Source of the DNA: Octopus vulgaris | Lineage: Eukaryota | Length of the DNA: 64,000 bases | Assembly (NCBI GenBank): GCA_951406725.2 | Contig: OX597815.1 | Span: 180,544,001-180,608,000 of the forward strand | Direction: 5' to 3' | Shown here: in pieces, positions 54,977 to 64,000 of the stretch | Layout: every line of letters starts with the position of its first letter | Numbering within the stretch: position 1 is the first letter of the stretch | The notes under the pieces: generated by a model | Database searches by the model: none | Told to the model about the DNA's origin: nothing | What the model saw: the letters and a program-made list of their open reading frames with translations, nothing else | Position numbers and translations under genes: made by a program

Positions 54977-55905
54977 TAAGGTATGTAGAAAAATACAACA
55001 TGGACAAGAACGTATAACTCAAGAAGACGATACAATAAACACGGACAGGACATTCGAAACCCTCAGTCTTCAGTCAAGAACCGGATCATCGTAGTAATTT
55101 CGGCTGATTAATCTTGAGATTACTAGATCACGGCCAGCCCTCCAAGAAAAACTAAGCAACGAGCATTAGAAAAACTAAGCTGGGAGCGTAGATTTCCTGG
55201 AAGAAGGATCGAATGCATACGGACACCAGGACAGCAAAAGGGACGAATATAAAAAAACAAAAAAATAATGGAATACAGAAACATGAAATACAGAAGCATT
55301 AACGGTGAAAACAACAACAAGTGTCTTACGACTGATAACAAGCAAACAAATTTTTTCTCTGGCGCAAGGAAAGGAGCCTTATCGGCGATGCCTATAGCGG
55401 CGGACGAAAAACAACGATGTTAACACGACGCTGGTCAGAAGCTGAAAGGCAGATTTCGGCCAGCAGTCACGTGACAGAGAAGAGAGAAAAGAAAAGAAAG
55501 AGAAGCAACGGAAGAGAGAGAGAGAGGAGAGAGAGAGAGGAGAGAGAGAGAGGAGGGACAGACGCAACAAAGAGAGAGAAGAGAGAGAAAGAAGGAATCA
55601 GAGAGGAGAAGGGATGGGTGTCGAAGAGCGACCTGTGAGTGCAGAGCGAGACAAAGAAATAGGAGGGTAGTGGAAGATTAGACCAAAGAATCAGAGGAAA
55701 GAGAAGAGAAAAAGAGGATGAGTAGAGAGAGAAGGGGACAGATCAAGTAAAAGTGAGAGAGAGAGAGAGACAAACAAAGAGTCGTACCAGTTATTAAGAA
55801 TATGTGCTCACATTAATGTTAAGAGGGTACGTGGCGCCTGGAATATATGTTAAGGTATGTAGAAAAATACAACATGGACAAGAACGTATAACTCAAGAAG
55901 ACGAT
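54975..55905. mobile_element. Unit bounded by ~55-bp direct repeat (partial tandem, PLE-like)
   Basis: TTAAGGTATGTAGAAAAATACAACATGGACAAGAACGTATAACTCAAGAAGACGATA at ~54976 and ~55850. Confidence 0.6.
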
Positions 55906-57618
55906 ATATATATATTTAAGTCTGGTAAACACACCAGCAACCGGCTGTCAATCGCTAGTGTGGAACAAACACAGTCATAAAGGCACGCACTGGGGGACCT
56001 CGGTGGAATTTGAACTTAGAGTGTAAGGACAGACGAAATGTCGCTAAGCATTTTGTGTGCGGCCTTCTTTCAGTTTCCGTCCAACAAATCCACAAAGGTT
56101 TTGGTTGTCCCGAGGCTATAGTAGAAGACACTTGCCCAAGGTACCTCGCAGTGACACAGAACCTAGAATCATACATTTTGGAAGTAAACCTCTTACCACA
56201 CAGCCAAGCCAGCGCAGAATGTGTTTCTCCATAAGAGAACTTTTCAACTAAACAGTGCCTTTATTACTTACAGCGGTGTACTGCATCTGCTGCTAGTAAA
56301 TGTTGTACTGTTCTACTAAACAGAACCAGCTGCGGCTAAGAATTATCTTGGCCAATAACATGCGACTCTACATCATGGACGTTTGTTACTGATACGATGA
56401 GAAAAGTGTGGACCTATTAAAGCTGCACTGTATGGGAAACGGGCTCTCATTTACAGGATTTGGACTTTCTATCAGAGATCCCAACCATCTTCAAGAACCA
56501 TCACCTAAGCTACAGTTAATTGAACTTGGTAGATAACACACGATTGGAGACCTGCATTGTGTATTTTGTATTGATCTTCAGTATCAATATCTATAGTCTT
56601 CTTCGATAGAATTTGGACTGGCTTTAAATTTGGTCCGATTTGACCTGTGACATACGATAGAGAATTGTTGCCTTTCGAATATCATCGTACACGGTAACTA
56701 TTACTCTCTCTTCGTTCCCGGGAAGAAATCTACATTTCTTCAAGGAAGAAATCCATATTATTTCATTGACAAAGAAATCGTAGCGCTATCTTCTCGTAAA
56801 TTTTTTTACACAAAAAATAATCACTAGTGGAATTGGAACGGATGTTCATGTTTATGATATTGGCCATTCTTATTTCAGTTCGTTTTGTATGTAATCATTA
56901 GCGATTGTTTTTTTCCCTTTTTCATGATTTAGATGTATGCGTAAGTGTCGAAACGAAATTTGCTTCGGGGATGCAAGCAAAGGTACAATTTTTTTTTTTA
57001 CCAAGAAAGATCGATTTATTTTTTCAGTCCTAAAAGAAACATAGATATAAAATCAATAATTATTATCATATTTGTACATTAATCAAATCAGATTAATCCA
57101 ATAACTGGAGAGTAATGTTTCGAATCTGTTCAAAAATGTTTCTATGTTCATTCGTTTTGGCGATTTTTTTCCTGAGATGTTCAAAGCGTTTTTGCTGCCC
57201 TACCAAAGATTTGTACCCAGTGCAGCCCTTGTTCCCGAGCCTATGAATGTATGGTCTCATTCCATTCGATGCCGTTTGTATCCCTAGATATATCTTTAAC
57301 ACATGCCTGGTTTCCAAAGTTCGCTTAAAATTCATTATCACCAAAAATTTTGCCCAGCATCTTCATTAATCAAGAATTATGAAGACTATTTCGAAGTGAT
57401 GAAGGTTTCTTTCTTCCCGAACAAGAAGTATTTAATCGTTGGCAAGGAGCCGACATAATAGACACAGAAGTGTCTGTGTGGTAGGAGGTTTGTTTCTTAA
57501 CCTCATGGTTCCGGGTTCAATTCCACATTGGCACCTTGGGCAAGTGTCTTCTACAACATCCTCGCGCAGACCAAAGCCTTGTGAGTGGATTTGGTAGACA
57601 GAAACTGAAAGGAGCCTG

Positions 57619-57686
<68 letters not shown>

Positions 57687-58374
57687 CGAGTATGTGCGTG
57701 TGGTGTGTGTGAGTATGTGTCTATCGGTGTTTGTCCCCATTACCGCATGAGAACCTGTGTTGGTGTGTTTACATCCCCGTAACTTATCGGTTCGGCAAAA
57801 TAGGCCGAGAGAATAAGTAACAGGCTTAAAAAAGTTCTGTGGTCGATTTGTTCGATTAAAGCCTTTCAAAATAGTGCTCTAGCATGACCGTGGTCTAATG
57901 ACGGAAACAAGTAAAATAAAAGTTACATACATACATAAACACATACATATATACATACACATACATACACACACACACACATAGACATGCATTCATACCT
58001 ATATACACACATACACGTACATACATATACATACATACACATACATAAATACATACATACACACACCTACACACGTACACACATACATACATAAATACAT
58101 ACATACATACGTTCATAGACACAAACATACACACGCACATACATACATATACATAAATACATACATACATTCACACACATGCATACATGAATCCACACAT
58201 ACATACATATACACATATATACATGAATACACACATACATACATTCAGACACACATACACTTACATAGATACATACATACATACATTCACACACTCATGC
58301 ATACATACATACATACATACTTACATACAGACATACACACATGCATACATACACATATACGTACATACATACAT

Positions 58375-58414
<40 letters not shown>

Positions 58415-58450
58415 ACATACATACATACATACATACATACATACATACAC

Positions 58451-58654
58451 AATGTGACCTCGTGTGTACCGTTGGCGATTTTTTTCCCTCTGTCTTCCCT
58501 TCTCTGGATCTTTCCTTCTCCTATGTTTCCGACGAAGAGCTCCGCTCGAAACGTTAAACCCTCCTTCTTTCTTTCCTGAGCGTCCAATAATACTATATTT
58601 GTTCCACGTCCTCGCGTTGTTGTGTTTTTTTGTGCTTTCTTGTTTGGATTAACT
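58451..58654 (+). mobile_element. Copy of the 12304 HHR-bearing repeat (HHR-like motif 58525-58559)
   Basis: GTTT-CCGACGA-A-GAGC-tcc-GCTC-GAAA-CGT-T-AAAC. Confidence 0.82.
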
Positions 58655-59209
58655 TTACATACACACATACATACGTACGTACATGCATACATCCATATAA
58701 CACCCTAAATGATTTTATCTAACTTCTATGAAAAATAGATATTTTCACCCCCTTTTTTTTTTTATCAGGTTAGACATCGGTTCTTTTCTAATGAGTGAAC
58801 ATGAAGGCTGAAACTTTGAAATACTCTACATATTTTATCAAGTCTGTGCTTCGTATTTACTTCAAGCTCTTAATTAGAACTAATTCGTTTCACTTGAACT
58901 GCAAAGTATTTTGAGAAAGCTACAAATCTTTACGCCTCTTAAAAACCAGACAATAGACCTGTAAGGTAAAAGAATTTAGTAGGTTTATTGCTCTGGTGAG
59001 GACCACGAATAAATATCCGTCTTGTTTGTTTTTTTACCAACATATAGGGTGCAGGAATGGCTGTGTGGTAAGTAGCTTGCTTATCAACTACATGGTTCCG
59101 GGTTCAGTCCCACTGTGTGGCACCCTGGGCGTCTTCTACTATAGCTTCGGGCCGACCAAAACCTTGTGAGTGTATTTGGTAGACGGGAACTGAAAGAAGC
59201 CCGTCACAA

Positions 59210-59240
<31 letters not shown>

Positions 59241-59282
59241 TATATAAAAGGAGATGTGGAACACGAGTTGTGATATATAAAA

Positions 59283-62647
<3,365 letters not shown>

Positions 62648-62648
62648 C

Positions 62649-63085
62649 AGGCGCAGGAGTGGCTGTGTGGTAAGTACCTTGGTATCCGAACACTTGGTTC
62701 CGGGTTCAATCCCACTGTGTGGCACCTTGGGTAAGTGTCTTCTACTAGAGCTTCGGGCTGACCAAAGCCTTGTGAGTGGATTTGGTAGACGGAAATTGAA
62801 AGAAACCCGTCGTACATATGTGTGTGTGTGTGTGTGTGTGTGTTTGTGTATGTATGTGTGTGTGTGTGCATATGTATATGTTTGAGTGTCTGATTTTGTC
62901 CCTTCACCATCGCTTGACAACCGATGCTTATGTGTTTTTAAGTCCACTCAACTTAGTGGTTCGGGCATAAGAGACCGATAGAATAAGTACTAAGCTTTTA
63001 AAGAATAAGTCCAGGGGTCGATTTGTTCGACTAAAAGGCGGTGCTCCAGCATGGCCGCAGTCAAATGACTGAAACAAACAAAGGA
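62649..63085 (+). mobile_element. SINE family A
   Basis: Full family match. Confidence 0.9.
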
Positions 63086-63154
63086 CTAAAAGAATAAAAA
63101 AAATAACAGAATATACATACATGCACATTATGTGTATGCATCTACACATTTACT

Positions 63155-63345
63155 CTTTTACTTGTTTCAGTCATTTGACTGCGGCCATGCTGGAGCACCG
63201 CTTTTAGTCGAGCAAATCGATCCCGGGACGTATTCTTTTTAAGCCCAGTACTTATTCTATCGGTCTCTTTTGCCGAACCGCTAAGTGACGGCGACGTAAA
63301 CAAACCAGCATCGGTTGTCCAGCAATGCTACGGAGACAAGTACAG

Positions 63346-63410
<65 letters not shown>

Positions 63411-63552
63411 TACGACGGGCTTCTTTCAGTTTCCGTCTACCAAATCCACTCACAAGGCTTTGGTCGGCCCGAGGCTATAGTAGAAGACATTTGCCCATGA
63501 TGTCACGCAGTGGGACTGAACCCGGAACCATGTGGCTGGTAAGCAAGCTACT
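63155..63552 (-). mobile_element. SINE family A (tail-to-tail with the previous copy)
   Basis: Family match, 5'-truncated. Confidence 0.9.
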
Positions 63553-64000
63553 TGTATGTATACATGTGTGCGTGTGTGTGTGTGTATACGTACAAGTACA
63601 CATATACACACGTACTTCAGAGAGAGCTTCGCTTTACATACATGTGAATGTCTCCTCTAAAGACATTTACTCCGATCTCAGCTAACAAGCAATAATTTTG
63701 TCTGTTAAAGGTTATGATCTACTTACAAAAGGGAATGTTTTAATTTCCTGTTTAACATGACACCGGAATAATGTATGTCTTCCCCATGTCTGAAAAGAAA
63801 AGCATCAGAAAGAACAATTAATATGTTATTATTAACAAGTATAAAAATATAAACACAGCGATGCATATAATTAGCTTACGTTGCCGGTTTTTTCTTTTAT
63901 CATTATTTAAAATGTAGCTAGACTGGTGTTAGCTTCTTACCCTTTCTTTATATAATGAGACCTTTCGTTGTTGGAGGTGAAATGGCTGCGTCTCGACTGT

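Noticed and set aside
55045-55150. CTGAAGA and GAAA motifs on the minus strand
   Set aside because: They could not be assembled into consistent helices I-III.
56230-57420. Non-repetitive stretch with an 83-aa minus-strand ORF
   Set aside because: No recognisable motif or exon structure; cannot be assigned without a database search.

Overview
Eukaryotic, AT-rich, microsatellite-saturated non-coding DNA. It is most likely from an octopus or other coleoid cephalopod; this is inferred from the tRNA-derived SINE repertoire and repeat density. No intact host protein-coding gene is supportable, and nearly all ORFs in the track are microsatellite or SINE artefacts. The window is a mosaic of four modular tRNA-derived SINE families, fragments of CR1-like, RTE and R4/Dong-like LINEs, mariner remnants, three non-autonomous Helitrons and several Penelope-like element (PLE) derivatives. 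One PLE derivative is a 3.2-kb 5'-truncated copy (RT plus GIY-YIG) with 1.1-kb inverted pseudo-LTRs. The most striking signal is a dense set of minimal type-I hammerhead-ribozyme (HHR)-like motifs: about 10 different sequence families, ~17 copies. Most have a self-complementary helix III, and the catalytic 3-8 pair covaries as C-G, U-A and G-C. Many sit in foldback inverted repeats. Also notable are a candidate HDV-like ribozyme at an RTE-type 5' end, a tRNA-headed repeat carrying an HHR, R4-like elements repeatedly abutting (ACAT)n, and a SINE/LINE shared 3' tail with a covarying hairpin. All calls are by eye; coordinates of degenerate repeats are approximate.
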